Assembly (NCBI RefSeq): GCF_021869535.1
Contig: NW_026262702.1
Coordinates: 1,054,001 to 1,118,000 of the forward strand
Length of the DNA stretch: 64,000 nt
Reading direction: 5' to 3'
From: Mytilus californianus
Taxonomy: Eukaryota
The notes below the pieces were generated by a model, which was not told where the DNA came from, ran no database searches, and worked only from the letters and a program-made list of their open reading frames with translations. This document shows, piece after piece, positions 62,734-64,000 of the stretch (positions are counted from its first letter, which is position 1; the number at the start of each line of letters is the position of its first letter). Both the position numbers and the translations under genes were made by a program.

Positions 62734-62897
62734 CAATAATAAACCCAACAGCAACTCCAGCATAATTAAAGAATGAACCAATCGCTGTTGCTGTTGCTCG
62801 CTGGTCTAATGGGAACCATACAGATGCTATCAATGCCGGTCCAGCAAAGAAAACCGTTCCAGCAATACCATTCAGTATGGCTGAAGTGTTGATTAAC
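62734..62897 (-). CDS. SLC49A4: SLC49A4-like copy B, exon 3 (exons 1-2 expected beyond nt 64000)
   Basis: (W)LINTSAILNGIAGTVFFAGPALIASVWFPLDQRATATAIGSFFNYAGVAVGFII; phase 2 to 1. Exons 3-12 join in frame with no stop (1165 nt). Confidence 0.92.
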
Positions 62898-64000
62898 CTA
62901 TTTAGAGAGACAAAATATAATTCATAAAGTTACGACTGAATAATAGTACGCTTTCTCCGGATATATACAATATTAGGTCAATATCAGAAAAATATTAACT
63001 TTTTTGTATTCGGCACAAAACTGGGGAGAGGCTCGGTAAAACCTCATCCTTCCCCAATTTCTCAGCCTCATACAATAAAGTCTATATTATTCTGACATTG
63101 ACCTAATATTGTTTTTATACTGCAACTTAAATTAATACATTGATAGCTATATAAATTGTAGCGTAAATTTCTAACTTATTTTCATCCCTAAATGAACCCT
63201 TGATTGTGGAAAAAGTGTTCCATGATGAAATTGACATTGCACACAATATAGCTTTGTTACTATATTTAGGAAATAAACACAGCTAGTTGCAGTATAAATT
63301 AGCAATACCTGTTGAATTGATCAACGCCACTTTAAGTAGATTTATAGAGAGGCTTCTTTACTGTACATTCTGGTATTCAACTGGTTGAGTTAATAAAATA
63401 TCAATAACAAAACAAAAACCAATAAATTGGTTTAAGACCACCTCATGTTAATATACCTTTCATCAGTGGTGTTTTTTGTTTTTATCTTTTGAAATAGTTC
63501 GGTGTTAATGGTAGATAGTTAAATATATTCAAATATATTCAAAACCTCTTGACAAAACTCTATTGTACATGTATTTAGGTATTGACATATAGTACAGCCG
63601 CTTGTCTTATGTTAAAAACCTCTTGTTTGTCTCTAGTCGTCTCTTTTTTGTTTGATTGTTTTATTGTGGTTGAGGTTGCTGTCTCAATGACGTCTACTAG
63701 TATTTTTTTTCATGTCAGTAAATAATGTGACAAGTATTTATTGTTCTATTAGAAAAAAGAGAGAAAATACCAACAGGGCATTACTAATCATAAATCAAAC
63801 AAACTACCCCCCCCCCCAAAAAAAACAATACAAAACAAAACAAATGGACAAAAAAACGACGAAATAACACAGTCAACAAACCACGACAAACACCAAATAG
63901 CACGAACCCTATCAAAAATTGGGAGTGCATTAAGGTTCTGATTTACTCAATATTGTGTATTAATTCATACAATTGTTTCAATAAAATATAGGTTAGTTAT

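Overview
AT-rich eukaryotic genomic DNA with spliceosomal introns. The repeat landscape resembles a mytilid bivalve (inferred from repeat families, not proven). No prokaryotic features, rRNA, tRNA genes or CRISPR arrays were found. Four gene loci were reconstructed by hand from splice sites and exon phases. (1) The last two coding exons of an Mnx/HB9 homeobox gene (+, 2-1407). (2) A 10-exon, ~510-aa type-I membrane receptor (-, 10507-32351) whose first C-type-lectin domain is split by an inserted WSC domain, followed by a second lectin-like domain, a Thr/Ser stalk, a TM helix and a cytoplasmic tail. (3) A heavily decayed SLC49A4/DIRC2-like MFS transporter pseudogene (-, 35683-46376). (4) Its apparently intact tandem paralog (-, 52080 to beyond the window end), which has two consecutive GC-AG introns. 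Introns and intergenic DNA are packed with Penelope-like retroelement relics, about 11 minimal hammerhead-ribozyme-like motifs of three families, three HINE/Helentron-like elements carrying internal satellites, MITEs with 2/3/4/5-bp TSDs, two SINEs and minisatellites. Most ORFs in the supplied track are spurious or are single exons.
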